From: Gammaproteobacteria bacterium
Lineage (GTDB): Bacteria > Pseudomonadota > Gammaproteobacteria > Eutrophobiales > Eutrophobiaceae
Reading direction: 5' to 3'
Length of the DNA stretch: 64,000 nt
NCBI GenBank assembly: GCA_965221695.1
Contig: OZ244905.1
Coordinates: forward strand, 800,001 to 864,000
The translations under genes and the position numbers were made by a program. Each line of letters begins with the position of its first letter. Within the stretch, counting starts at the first letter, position 1. This document shows, one piece after another, positions 21,500 to 31,820 of the stretch. The notes beneath the pieces are model-generated. The model saw only the letters and a program-made list of their open reading frames with translations, was not told where the DNA came from and did no database searches.

Positions 21500-22429
21500 T
21501 TAGTGTTCAGGATATTCCAGGGACCATGAAGCTTCCAGGCCCTTGATGATCGCCGCGCATGCTTCGTTCATCGGACAGGGGATACCCAGTTCCCGGCCCA
21601 GCCTGGCGATGCCGCCGTTCAGGGCATCCACCTCGGTCAACCTTTCCGCCATCACGTCCTGCAACATGCTGGGCGGGTGGTAATAGGCCTTTTCCCTGCC
21701 GTAGTCGATCAACGCCTCCGGGTCGCTGTCCAGGGTAATTCCCAGTGCGTCCGCGACGGCCACGCCTTCACTTACCAGCGCCGACATGACCTTGCGCACG
21801 CCTTCCTGGTCGCAGGCCACGCCGTGGGGCAGGCGAGTCAGCGCGCCCATCGCGTTGGAAGCGGAGTTGAAGATTAGCTTGGTCCACTGGGCGCCGCGGG
21901 CATCCTCCATGGCCAAGCACTCCATGCCGCTGCGGTTCAGCGCATCGGCCAGCCGTTCAACCTCTTGCATGGTAGCGGGATTCACGGCAAACGGGCCGAT
22001 CCAGGTCTTGCCGCCAGCATCATGGTTGACCACGCCCGGCGCACTGATATGTCCCGCCGGGAAGATGGTGCCCTGGATCACCCGCGGCGCATACTCGGCC
22101 ACTATCTCCTCGTTACCGATACCGTTCTGCACCGAGCAGACTGCGCCATCGCGGAAGATCGGCGCCACGGCTTCCATGGCCGACCGGGTGAACATGGTCT
22201 TCGTGGCGATAATGCCGAACTCGCACTGCGGGATCTCGCTCACCTGCGTGCGCGCATGGACGGTGGCAACAAAATCGCTCAATCCGGTCAGGCGCAGACC
22301 ATTCTCATTGATCGCGTCCACATGTTTGCGGTCAAGGTCAAAGGCCCAGACCTCGACATCGTCCAGCCGGGCCAGATACGCGCCGTACAGACCGCCAATG
22401 GCGCCACAACCGATGATACATACCTTCAT
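21500..22429 (-). CDS. 2-dehydropantoate 2-reductase (PanE/ApbA) family protein
   Basis: GCGAIG, QNG, WTKLIFN, SMLQD, TEVDALNG. ATG 22429 follows RBS GAGGAG. Confidence 0.9.
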   Translation of the reverse strand: MKVCIIGCGAIGGLYGAYLARLDDVEVWAFDLDRKHVDAINENGLRLTGLSDFVATVHARTQVSEIPQCEFGIIATKTMFTRSAMEAVAPIFRDGAVCSVQNGIGNEEIVAEYAPRVIQGTIFPAGHISAPGVVNHDAGGKTWIGPFAVNPATMQEVERLADALNRSGMECLAMEDARGAQWTKLIFNSASNAMGALTRLPHGVACDQEGVRKVMSALVSEGVAVADALGITLDSDPEALIDYGREKAYYHPPSMLQDVMAERLTEVDALNGGIARLGRELGIPCPMNEACAAIIKGLEASWSLEYPEH

Positions 22430-22515
22430 TAAATTCTCCTCACCCATTGTGTTGCCGGCAATGGATTATGTTATGGCAGTTCTGACTTAAGCAGAGTGGT
22501 ACGGGAGCGGGAGCG

Positions 22516-23472
22516 TTACCCATGACTGTAACTGCTTTCATACGCCTTGACCAAGCGGTACAAGGTCTCATGGTACGGCGCCGGAATACCAGCCTTGTGC
22601 GCCTCACGCACGATGGAACCCGTGATCCAGTCTATCTCCGTTGCGCGCTTGTTGCGCACGTCATCAAGCATTGAGGGAATATGGGCATAGTCCTCGCCGC
22701 TGGTCGTGCCCTGGTTAACCGCTCTGACGTTCATTGCCCAGGGGTCATCCGCCAGGGTCACGCCGCGTGCTTCTGCGATAGATTTGGCCTCACCCATCAT
22801 CGCGTAGACCAGATGACCCAGATCCTCCAGTCTGTCCTGCGCCGCAAAGGCCTTCGCATGAGGCAGGTCTGTCAACGCTGAGATGCTGTTCACCGCGGAG
22901 TTGAAGATCAGCTTGGACCACTGGTGCGGCAGCAGGTCTTCGTAGGCCTCCGCCTTCAGTCCGGAACGAACAAACAGTTCCTCAACCTGTTTCACGAAAT
23001 CAAACGTCGCGCTGCCCTGCGCCCAAGGCCCCATCCAGGTGGCCGTATCCAACTCATATTCGACATGCGTATCCGTATGGCGGGTACCGCTCATAAAGGT
23101 CACGCCGGATATGATGGGCCAGTCACCAAAGCGGCTTACCATTTCCTCGCAACCAAGGCCGTTCTGGATCATCAACACGTGGGCGCTGGTGAAATGGCCC
23201 TCAATCATCCGACTACAGTCTTCCACGGCAAGCGCCTTGGACGCAATGATTACCAGGTCAACATCGCCCAGTTCTGCCGCGTGCGCCGACGCGCGCACGT
23301 TTGCGTGCAGTTCGGATTTGCCGCTGACCCGCAGGCCCTCGGCATTCAACGCCTGCGCGTGCTCCTTGCGCCGCGTCAGTACCGCCATGTCCACGATAGC
23401 GCCCAGGTGCCCCACCAGCAAGCTGCCGATGGCGCCGGCGCCGACAACGCAAACCTTTTCGATTTCTTTCAT
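22516..23472 (-). CDS. Second PanE/ApbA family reductase
   Basis: GAGAIG, QNG, WSKLIFN, SMLDD, TEIDWITG. Confidence 0.9.
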   Translation of the reverse strand: MKEIEKVCVVGAGAIGSLLVGHLGAIVDMAVLTRRKEHAQALNAEGLRVSGKSELHANVRASAHAAELGDVDLVIIASKALAVEDCSRMIEGHFTSAHVLMIQNGLGCEEMVSRFGDWPIISGVTFMSGTRHTDTHVEYELDTATWMGPWAQGSATFDFVKQVEELFVRSGLKAEAYEDLLPHQWSKLIFNSAVNSISALTDLPHAKAFAAQDRLEDLGHLVYAMMGEAKSIAEARGVTLADDPWAMNVRAVNQGTTSGEDYAHIPSMLDDVRNKRATEIDWITGSIVREAHKAGIPAPYHETLYRLVKAYESSYSHG

Positions 23473-24668
23473 ACAACCCGGCCGACGATGTCCTTGAATT
23501 CCTCGTCGGTGACCAGGCGCGCATTTCGGACGCCGAGTTCCTTGACTTCTGCAAGGACTCCGGCGCGCTTGTCTTCCGGTATATTCAACCCCAGCTCCTC
23601 ACCCTTGAGCTTGATGTTGGACAGCCCACTCTTCTTGCCCAGCACGATGCGGCGTTCGGCGTCCACGATCTCGGAAGAATACGGCTCAATGGCCTGGGGG
23701 ATATGGAACTGGTTCGCGACTGCGCCGCTCTCGCGGGTGTAGAGAAATTCGCCGACCACGGGTTTCCAGCCATCCACGCTGTAGCCACCCGCCTGTTGCA
23801 CCACTTTCGAGGTCTCCCTGGCTTGGGCCAGATCCAGCTCCACCGGCATGTCGTACAGGCATTGCAAGGCCAGGGCCACTTCGCAGATGTCCGCATTGCC
23901 GGCGCGCTCGCCCATGCCGTTGATCGTGCCTTGGATCCAGCGGGCGCCGCCGCGCACGGCCGCCACTGCGCTTGCGGTGGCAAGACCGAAATCATTATGG
24001 CCGTGCCAGTGGATGGGGATGTCAGGCCCGACCCAACTGCTGACCTCGCCGATCAATCGTTCCACCGCTTCAGGTGAACAGACACCGATAGTATCCACCA
24101 CGGACACCTCATCGGCGCCCTGCTCAATGGCCGTCGAATACACGTCGCGCAGGAACCCCAGGTCGCTGCGCGTGGAGTCCACGGCAAAGAAGTTCACGGT
24201 TTTTATGCCGTTGTCCTTCGCATGCCTGATGGCATCGGTAACGCGCTGCAGGACGACGTCCCGGGTGAAACCGTATGCCTTGATCTTCATATCGCTGGTC
24301 GAAATTTCAATCAGCACATGTTCCGTGCCCAATTCAATATGGGCGTCGATATCCGCCTTGACGGCGCGGGAAAACCCCCAGATTTCAGAGCGCAGTCCCG
24401 CATCCAGGATGCGTTTCACCGCCTTGGTATCGTCCTCGGAGACCCGGGGAAACCCCGATTCAATCCGAGCCACGCCCAGGTCGCTGAGTTTGCAGGCGAT
24501 AGTAAATTTTTCCTCGGGGGTGAAGCAAACGCCAACGGATTGCTCGCCGTCGCGCAAGGTCGTGTCGTAAAAACGCACGGGTGTGGAGCGGTCGAAGCGG
24601 GAAAGAATGTCATCGCTGCGGTTCAACTCGCTGGTCCAGATCTTGTCCTGTGCAATGCTTGTGTTCAT
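23469..24668 (-). CDS. DRE-TIM acetyl-CoA condensing enzyme, homocitrate/isopropylmalate/citramalate synthase-like
   Basis: DTTLRDGEQ, HGHND, GERAGN, ESG, LGKKSG; 399 aa, no LeuA regulatory domain. Confidence 0.85.
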   Translation of the reverse strand: MNTSIAQDKIWTSELNRSDDILSRFDRSTPVRFYDTTLRDGEQSVGVCFTPEEKFTIACKLSDLGVARIESGFPRVSEDDTKAVKRILDAGLRSEIWGFSRAVKADIDAHIELGTEHVLIEISTSDMKIKAYGFTRDVVLQRVTDAIRHAKDNGIKTVNFFAVDSTRSDLGFLRDVYSTAIEQGADEVSVVDTIGVCSPEAVERLIGEVSSWVGPDIPIHWHGHNDFGLATASAVAAVRGGARWIQGTINGMGERAGNADICEVALALQCLYDMPVELDLAQARETSKVVQQAGGYSVDGWKPVVGEFLYTRESGAVANQFHIPQAIEPYSSEIVDAERRIVLGKKSGLSNIKLKGEELGLNIPEDKRAGVLAEVKELGVRNARLVTDEEFKDIVGRVV

Positions 24669-24746
24669 CGTAATTTACTCATAATAGTTATACAATTTTA
24701 TCGGGATTCCAGTTGACAATAATACTCCTTATAAGGAAGGTCTGCT

Positions 24747-24780
24747 TACTGGATTCCCGTTTTCACGGGAATGGTACGGA
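24747..24780. repeat. REP-like palindrome (GGATTCCCG..CGGGAAT family)
   Basis: ACTGGATTCCCGTTTTCACGGGAATGGTA; same family as copies at 40.2, 45.4, 48.6 and 62.8 kb. Confidence 0.8.
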
Positions 24781-24836
24781 GGGCGCCATGAACGGAGCCA
24801 CAGTACCACTCCTTCGAATGTCACCGACGCCTCAAT

Positions 24837-25706
24837 TCAACTGCTGCTGAACCAGTCGTACAACTCATCGGCCGTGGCAAACCATACGTCATTCTTCGCA
24901 AGCATATAATCCAGGGCTTGCTCGAAATATTTTATCCGGTGTGGCACACCCATGATATAAGGATGAACGCCTAACGACATGACTCTGGGCTGGCGCGCGC
25001 CTTCCTGGTAGAGCCGGTCGAACTGGTCCACAGCGCGTTGCAGCCAGACTTCCGATGTGTGCGCGTGCACAACCATCATAGGCAGGTCGCTGAGTTCAAA
25101 GGAATACGGCATGGCCATCATCGGTCCAGCCGCGGTTTTCATGGCAACGGGGTGTTCATCCATGGGCCAGTCACAGACAAATTTGAACCCGGCCGAGGCC
25201 AGATAATCCAGCGTATCCAGGGTCTCGTGCAGGCCGGGGCCCAACCATCCTTTAGGAGATTTGCCGATATAATCGCGTAGCGCGGCGAAGGATTTATTGA
25301 TGACCTCCTGCTGGTTTTCAACTACATGAACCGGCGCTTGGGCATAACCATGGCCCATGAAATCCCATCCCGCATCCAGCATGGCCCGGGCCACCGGCTC
25401 GCCGGCGCCCTCCAGGACTCGCGCGTTGATCGGCGCGCTGGCCTTGAGATTGCGTTCAGCGAGCGCTTCCATGATGCGCCAGATGCCCACCCGCATACCG
25501 TATTCGTGCCAGGCCCAGTTGGGAATGTTGGGCACGGTGGCGACCCCGGCCGGCGAGGTCACGTACTCTCTGGCCACGGGTTTTTCGATATTCCATTCTT
25601 CGATGTTGACTACCAGGTATACCGCGACGCGCGCGCCGTTCGGAAACCGGAGCTGCTCGCGTTGCGGCATGGCGGAATAATCAAATCGTTCGTGTGGCAG
25701 TTTCAT
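24837..25706 (-). CDS. Polysaccharide deacetylase family amidohydrolase (PuuE-like)
   Basis: WHEYGMRVGIWR, MGHG, GWLGP, LGVHPYIMG. Confidence 0.88.
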   Translation of the reverse strand: MKLPHERFDYSAMPQREQLRFPNGARVAVYLVVNIEEWNIEKPVAREYVTSPAGVATVPNIPNWAWHEYGMRVGIWRIMEALAERNLKASAPINARVLEGAGEPVARAMLDAGWDFMGHGYAQAPVHVVENQQEVINKSFAALRDYIGKSPKGWLGPGLHETLDTLDYLASAGFKFVCDWPMDEHPVAMKTAAGPMMAMPYSFELSDLPMMVVHAHTSEVWLQRAVDQFDRLYQEGARQPRVMSLGVHPYIMGVPHRIKYFEQALDYMLAKNDVWFATADELYDWFSSS

Positions 25707-25817
25707 TTCCGTATTTTAACCTTTAGCCCGGATATCTCACAAGTTCAGAGATATTCGGGCTCCCGCGCCTGTTGTGCCAGTGCGTGTGGGATTGCGATGA
25801 AAAGGTTGCGTTATTAC

Positions 25818-25847
25818 AAAAAAAACAAGGGCGGCCATCGCCGCCCT
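25818..25847 (-). terminator. Rho-independent terminator of the TonB receptor gene
   Basis: Minus strand AGGGCGGC-GATG-GCCGCCCT followed by a run of T. Confidence 0.75.
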
Positions 25848-25876
25848 CGTGTTCGCAATGCGCCTGAAAATCCGGG

Positions 25877-28597
25877 TTAGAAACTATAGCGCGCCTTGAC
25901 GTAGTACTGACCACCGTTATAGCCGAACGGCGCAGTGGCCGGGTACTTGGAACCGGCGACGCCACCCCACTCATTCTTGTCGGGATAGTTGTCGAACAGG
26001 TTCGCGGCGCCGGCGATCAACTCCATCCCATCGAACAGACTGTAGGCCGCTTCCGCATCGAAGGTGATCTCGCCGCCGAGTTCAAGCGGTAAATCTTCAG
26101 AGTCAAGATGAGCCTCAAAATAATCCGAGTGGAAATTCAATCGCGCCAGCACGCGCCACTTGTCCTGCCGGTGGCGGAAACTGAGGTTGCCTTTCCAGTG
26201 CGGCACGTTTTCTTCCAATTGTCGTAACCGGTGATCTTTCAACAATCCGCGCTGGGTTACATTGGTGTCGACATAGCTGACCGCCAAAGACAGCACGCTG
26301 TCGCCGGCGCCCAGGCTGAAGCGGTGGTTGGCAACGATGTCCACCCCCTGGGTGCGGGTGTCAAAATCGTTGTTGAAAAACTTGAAGCTGGTCAGGTCTT
26401 CCGAGCCGGCAAAATCGGCAATATTGAGTGCTCCGGCCGCGTCCAGCGCGTTGAGTATTTCACTGGTTGCATTCGAGTCCGGTAACGCGACGCCTTCCTC
26501 AATGGCAAACTCTCTTAACAGTTGACGAAAGTCCTGGTCTTCCGATAATGAAATCCGGTCTTCCACCTTGATATTGAAATAATCCACGGTGACGCTGGTA
26601 TTGCCCAGGTCAAACGCAACGCCCAGGGAAAAGTTCGTGGCCTCTTCGTTATCCAGCGTAAAAATATTGCCCTGGCGCTCGTTGACAAAACGGCCGGCGG
26701 CGCTGTTGAGCGGAAACGTGCCCTGATCAACCAGGGTAGAGCCGACGAACGCCGTGGTCACATTCACTACGTTGGCCTGACCGGTGGTGGGTGCGTGAAA
26801 ACCGGTAGACCAGGTGCCGCGCAAGCTGATCATATCGTTGGCGCGAAACAGCGCGCCGATCTTGTAGTCAACCGTGCTACCGTAGGTATCATAATCCTCC
26901 CAGCGCACCGCCGCCTGCAACGTAAGATTTTCCACTACATCCGCTTCCAATTCTCCGTAAACAGCCGTGTTCTCCTCCTTGGCCGTCAGACCGGTTGTAA
27001 ACCCGCCAAACCCGTTGGAACTGGAGGAGAAGCCCTGACCGACCGGGAATGCATCGGAGGGTTGCGTCAACACGCCACGCGCAGTGGAGGCCAAGTCGCC
27101 CTCGGTAATTTTAAATTTCTCCTCACGATACTCGAAACCGACCGCGATATTCAGGTCCGAAGCAAATGCGGCCATCGGCAACGCATACGCCAGGTCTACA
27201 TTGACATTGTTATCGGTTTGCTCATAGGCGCCGGGTCTGAAGAACGCGTTTGCCGGCTGGTCCGGTCCGAGACTGGCATTGACTGTATTGAAAATGAAGA
27301 AGCTGGCCTGGTTGTTGCCATAGGTATAGCTGATGTCGTAGTTCAGACCGTTGCCGATGGCCAACTCGCCACGCAGACCGACAACGATTGACTTGTCCTC
27401 GGTGTCGCCGCCAAAACGGGGCACAAAGCCGCCCGGGTAAAGTTCCACAAAGGAAAAACAATTCGGGTCGTCAATCACGTTTTGCAGGATGGTGGGGTCA
27501 GGAATTAACCCGTCCTGTCCCGTGAGCGGGATGCCGGCGGGGCAATCCCCGGCATTTTCCAGTGACAGGTCACCCACTAATACCGCTGCAACGCCATTCG
27601 GATCGGAAGCGCCAGTGACGGGGTCTACTGGCTTTTTCTCGTCAAAATACACACCTGGACGGTTGGTGGGATTGCGAAAGAAAAAACCGCCCTCCACCCG
27701 CCGTTCGGCATAGTTGCCGAACGCATACACTTCCGCCTGTTCGCTGATCTCAAACCCCGAATTGACGAAGATCTTCCAGTCGTCGTCAACACGCGGCTGG
27801 CCCCAAAGCTGCGGGTAATCGCCGGTAATCGTGTTGACACTGGGGTCGCGCACAGCGGTATTGCCGGCAGCAAACAAGCCATCCACATCGTTTCGATGCA
27901 CCGAGCGAATCACGTCATCGGTCTCGCCATATTCGGCAGACAGGTTAATAAAGCCTTTGTCTCCCAACGGCAGTCCGATATTGCCGGACACCTGGTAATT
28001 ATCGCCGTCACCCTCATAGGTGGAACCGTATTTCACCTCAAACTCACCACCTTCGGCATCGTCTTTGAGCACGAAGTTCATTACCCCGGCGATCGCGTCA
28101 GAGCCGTATTGTGACGACGCGCCGTCGCGTAACACCTCCACTTTTTTCAGCGCAATAGCAGGGAACACGCCCACATCCGGTCCATGCGAACCGTCGGCGA
28201 TGCCACCGCCCAGGAAGGAAATCACTGCGGCCCGATGGCGGCGTTTGCCGTTAAGCAACACCAGTGTGTTATCCGGCGACAGGCCGCGCAGGTTGGCCGG
28301 ACGAATAATGGTCGCCGCATCCGAGATGGGCTGGGTATTCACCATGTAGGACGGCACCAGCGCGCGCAATATGTCGGGAATATCCGAAGTGGCCTGGTCG
28401 GTAAACTCACTCCCATCCAACACATCAATGGGCGCCGGGTTGTCGGCAATGGAGCGTTCACCACGGCGGCTGCCCAATGTGGCTGTCACGACTATTTCCT
28501 CGATCTGCTCTTCTTGCGCCGGAACCGGCAGGTTTACATCAATAAAGAGAAGGGTAATTAGGGCGCATGCAGCGAGGGAGAAAGAAGCTAGATTCAT
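25877..28597 (-). CDS. TonB-dependent receptor
   Basis: IEEIVVTAT TonB box, VEVLRDGASSQYGSDAIAGV plug motif, C-terminal YSF. ATG 28597 has an RBS; the track start is TTG 28612. Confidence 0.95.
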   Translation of the reverse strand: MNLASFSLAACALITLLFIDVNLPVPAQEEQIEEIVVTATLGSRRGERSIADNPAPIDVLDGSEFTDQATSDIPDILRALVPSYMVNTQPISDAATIIRPANLRGLSPDNTLVLLNGKRRHRAAVISFLGGGIADGSHGPDVGVFPAIALKKVEVLRDGASSQYGSDAIAGVMNFVLKDDAEGGEFEVKYGSTYEGDGDNYQVSGNIGLPLGDKGFINLSAEYGETDDVIRSVHRNDVDGLFAAGNTAVRDPSVNTITGDYPQLWGQPRVDDDWKIFVNSGFEISEQAEVYAFGNYAERRVEGGFFFRNPTNRPGVYFDEKKPVDPVTGASDPNGVAAVLVGDLSLENAGDCPAGIPLTGQDGLIPDPTILQNVIDDPNCFSFVELYPGGFVPRFGGDTEDKSIVVGLRGELAIGNGLNYDISYTYGNNQASFFIFNTVNASLGPDQPANAFFRPGAYEQTDNNVNVDLAYALPMAAFASDLNIAVGFEYREEKFKITEGDLASTARGVLTQPSDAFPVGQGFSSSSNGFGGFTTGLTAKEENTAVYGELEADVVENLTLQAAVRWEDYDTYGSTVDYKIGALFRANDMISLRGTWSTGFHAPTTGQANVVNVTTAFVGSTLVDQGTFPLNSAAGRFVNERQGNIFTLDNEEATNFSLGVAFDLGNTSVTVDYFNIKVEDRISLSEDQDFRQLLREFAIEEGVALPDSNATSEILNALDAAGALNIADFAGSEDLTSFKFFNNDFDTRTQGVDIVANHRFSLGAGDSVLSLAVSYVDTNVTQRGLLKDHRLRQLEENVPHWKGNLSFRHRQDKWRVLARLNFHSDYFEAHLDSEDLPLELGGEITFDAEAAYSLFDGMELIAGAANLFDNYPDKNEWGGVAGSKYPATAPFGYNGGQYYVKARYSF

Positions 28598-28904
28598 AAT
28601 ATAAATCCTCAAGAATTTAATATATCAGTGAGAGTGGCGAGATATATCTCGCGAGCATAGTAATTCATGCCGGCATATTTTTCAATGAAATAATTATGGC
28701 AGTTCTGGCTGACGCACATGAGCAAGACCGGCTATCTGGATTTACAGGTTTGCTCGCGCATCGCGAGCTGGTCGTGACAGCGTTCATGCACAAATTCGGG
28801 TGGGCAGGTTGCTCAGGCGCAATTATTTTCACAAAAATGTGAGTTTTCTCACATTTTTGCTGACTTTCTTCTTGGCAATTTGTTGCGCGCCGGTAAGATC
28901 ATAA

Positions 28905-29135
28905 CCGTCCGAACGCAATACGCATCAGTCAGCCCATAGCATAAGGAAGCGCGCATTTTCATGGGCCCAATCGGTATGACGTTCGGACACTTGCTTGTGC
29001 TGCGTCACAAGCGCCCCTATCCGCCAATATACGGTCTGTTTTCATGGCCAGACCGCGGTAAAGGATCACCTGAGGCGCCAGGGGGAAGGTGGTGTTTTCC
29101 GTTCACTCATTCATAGCTACCGCCTCCCCCTGGCT
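28905..29135. ncRNA. Candidate structured non-coding element (multi-hairpin), identity unknown
   Basis: Stems GTCCGAACG/CGTTCGGAC enclosing GCCCAT/ATGGGC; GCTTGTG/CACAAGC; CGGTCTG/CAGACCG; GCCAGGGGGA/TCCCCCTGGC with inner GGTGGT/ACCGCC. No ORF. Confidence 0.5.
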
Positions 29136-29215
29136 GGGGGTTCTGCCTGTCTGTCGGGCTAAGCGCCGCCGGCAACGCGCCCTCACAACCAGCAACTAGT
29201 ACTCTTTCAACTTAA

Positions 29216-29366
29216 GGAACCTCTGATTAAGTCAGAGGTTCCTACGATACAAGGATGTATCGGCAATATCAATGACTGTAAGGCATTGATATTGTGAGGA
29301 AAACAAAAATCGCATTTTTGTTTTCCGTACTCTGACAAGTCCAGGATGGACTTGTTCAGAGTTTCC
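29216..29366. mobile_element. MITE copy A (151 bp, IS5-like ends)
   Basis: TIR GGAACCTCTGA / TCAGAGTTTCC; TSD TTAA at 29212-29215 and 29367-29370; near-identical to copies B and C. Confidence 0.9.
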
Positions 29367-31785
29367 TTAATTTTGACATGTTCAGCGGGTCGGGAAGCGG
29401 TTGAGCGCACGGCGCTGACAAAACAGCGTTGAAATCTGCCTCATCAACGCCCTGGCTTTGTCGATGAACAGGCAGTTCCGCATCAACATCGGCCTCTGTC
29501 ACCGCTTGGTAACGGGTAGTGCGCTGTTGCGGCAACCTGTCTGCAGCAATGATCAGGCGACGTATATCCGCCACGGCAAACTCCTGCCCGTGGGCAGCCC
29601 CGGCCGCGCGGCTGATACTCTCGTTCATCAGGGTGCCGCCGAGGTCATTCACGCCCGCATCAAGGCAGGCTCTGATGCCCTCAACCCCCATCTTTACCCA
29701 AGAGGCCTGTATATTGGTGATATGCGGGTGCAACGCCAGTCTGGCCACTGCGTGCATCAACAGGGCTTCGCGCAAAGTCGGGCCTTTGCGCGCCCGGCCC
29801 TTGCGATACATGGGCGCTTCCATGTGCACGAAAGGTAGCGGGACAAACTCGGTAAAACCGCCCGTCTGCGCCTGCAAATCTCGCAGGCGCAGCAGGTGCC
29901 GCGCCCAATTCTGTGGCCCGTCCACGTGACCGAACATAATCGTGGCAGTTGACTGCAACTTCAGCGAATGAGCAGTTCTCATTACTTCAAGCCACTGCGC
30001 CGTATTCAGCTTGTCCGGGCAGATGAGCTGTCTGATTTCATCATCCAGGATCTCCGCCGCAGTGCCCGGCAGAGTCCCCAGGCCGGCCTGTTTCAGGCGC
30101 CGTAGATAGTCCTTGAGCGGCAGTCCCAGAGTCTCTGCCCCGTGCCGGATCTCCAGCGGCGAGAACGCATGCACATGGATGCGCGGCGCGGCCTCCTTCA
30201 CTGCTCGCACGATGGCAAGGTAGGTGTCTCCGGTATAATCAGGGTGAATGCCCCCTTGCAGGCAGACCTCGGTTGCGCCCCGTTGCCAGGCCTCGGCAAC
30301 CCGCGCCTGGATGTCCGCCAGGGGCAGGTTATAGCCGCGTTCGCGCAGGTTTTCCGCTACACGCCCCTTGGAAAACGCGCAGAATCCACAGCCAAAATAG
30401 CAAATATTGGTATAGTTAATGTTCCTGTTGACCACGTAGCTGACCGTATCGCCGTTCATAGTCCGACGCAGATCATCGGCGGCATGTATCACGGCATCTT
30501 CATCGGCGCCGCGGGCATTGAACAGCCGGATAATTTCAGTTTCATCAAGACGCGCGCCGGACTTGGCTTTGTCAATAGCAGCGCTGACGCTTGCTTGCGC
30601 AGACCGGCTACCGATTGCCCGCGTGACATGTAATACACCTGCCCCGTCCCCCATTCCCGGCGACCAGTCGTCCGGGCGAGCGAAACCGGCGGCATCGATT
30701 TTGCGCAACACATGAGTATGCAGAGCCGGGTCGATCCAGGCATCCCGTTGCCGGATATATGCCGGGTAAACGGGCAGTCTGGGCACGAGTGTCTTGCCGG
30801 CTACCTCGGTTGCGGCCCGCAACCGATCAAGCTGCGGCCAGGCCGCCTCCGGGTTGACATGGTCCAGGGTTACCGGTGAGACGCCGCCCCAGTCATTAAT
30901 CCCTGCGTGGATCAGTTCCGGTAGCGATTTGTCAAGGGTCAGGTTGGGCGGGGCCTGTATGTTCATATACGGACCGAAGATGATACGCGCCATGGCTATT
31001 GTCCAAAGCAGCTCTTCCAAACCGGGTTCCGGGGCATCATACATCTTCGTGCCCGGTTTGCGCCGGAAGTTCTGGATAATGATCTCCTGGATATGTCCAT
31101 GTATGTCGTGCAACGCTTTGAGGGCCAGCAATGCTTCCAGGCGTTCACGTCGGGTCTCGCCGATACCAATGAGGATGCCGCTGGTAAACGGCACGCGCGC
31201 AGCGCCGGCCGCGGCAATGCAGTCCAGGCGCGCCTGTGGCCGTTTGTCCGGTGAGCCATAGTGGGGGCCGCCTTTTTCACACAGACGCTGTGAACTGCTC
31301 TCCAGCATCAGTCCCTGGGATACCGACACCGGGCGCAGGTCGTCAAGTTCAGCGCGGGTCATCACACCGGGGTTCATGTGCGGCAGCAAGCCGGTCTCGT
31401 TCAGCGCCCGCTGCGCTGCCTCGCGCAGGTAAGACAGGGTCGAGCCATGGCCCAGCCCCTTCAGTTCCTCCCGCGCAACCTTGTAGCGCAGTTCCGGCTT
31501 ATCACCCAGGGTGAACAAGGCCTCGTGGCAACCTGCCTGCGCGCCGGCTCGGGCAATGGCCAGGACTTCTTCGATATTCATGTAGGCCCGCTGCCCGGCC
31601 CGCGGCGGTTGCGCAAACGTACAATAATGGCACACGTCGCGGCACAATTTTGTCAGCGGGATAAATACCTTGGGGGAATATGAAACTACTCTGCCATGAC
31701 CGTCATCGCGCAGGCTCGCCGCATGGTCCATCAACTCCCTTATATCACGACCGGACAAGGACAGGAGTTGATCAAGATTTAACAT
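29356..31785 (-). CDS. fbiC: Bifunctional FO synthase (CofG-CofH fusion)
   Basis: Two radical-SAM motifs CRDVCHYC and CYFGCGFC; YSPKVF, NRNINYTN, NIQASWVK. ATG 31785 preferred; the current stop lies inside MITE A. Confidence 0.93.
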   Translation of the reverse strand: MLNLDQLLSLSGRDIRELMDHAASLRDDGHGRVVSYSPKVFIPLTKLCRDVCHYCTFAQPPRAGQRAYMNIEEVLAIARAGAQAGCHEALFTLGDKPELRYKVAREELKGLGHGSTLSYLREAAQRALNETGLLPHMNPGVMTRAELDDLRPVSVSQGLMLESSSQRLCEKGGPHYGSPDKRPQARLDCIAAAGAARVPFTSGILIGIGETRRERLEALLALKALHDIHGHIQEIIIQNFRRKPGTKMYDAPEPGLEELLWTIAMARIIFGPYMNIQAPPNLTLDKSLPELIHAGINDWGGVSPVTLDHVNPEAAWPQLDRLRAATEVAGKTLVPRLPVYPAYIRQRDAWIDPALHTHVLRKIDAAGFARPDDWSPGMGDGAGVLHVTRAIGSRSAQASVSAAIDKAKSGARLDETEIIRLFNARGADEDAVIHAADDLRRTMNGDTVSYVVNRNINYTNICYFGCGFCAFSKGRVAENLRERGYNLPLADIQARVAEAWQRGATEVCLQGGIHPDYTGDTYLAIVRAVKEAAPRIHVHAFSPLEIRHGAETLGLPLKDYLRRLKQAGLGTLPGTAAEILDDEIRQLICPDKLNTAQWLEVMRTAHSLKLQSTATIMFGHVDGPQNWARHLLRLRDLQAQTGGFTEFVPLPFVHMEAPMYRKGRARKGPTLREALLMHAVARLALHPHITNIQASWVKMGVEGIRACLDAGVNDLGGTLMNESISRAAGAAHGQEFAVADIRRLIIAADRLPQQRTTRYQAVTEADVDAELPVHRQSQGVDEADFNAVLSAPCAQPLPDPLNMSKLRKL

Positions 31786-31820
31786 GGATGCACAGGATAT
31801 ACAGGATAAGTAAATGTTAG

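Noticed and set aside
23469-24668. Calling the gene nifV or leuA
   Set aside because: No nif or leu context and no LeuA regulatory domain; substrate cannot be assigned from motifs.
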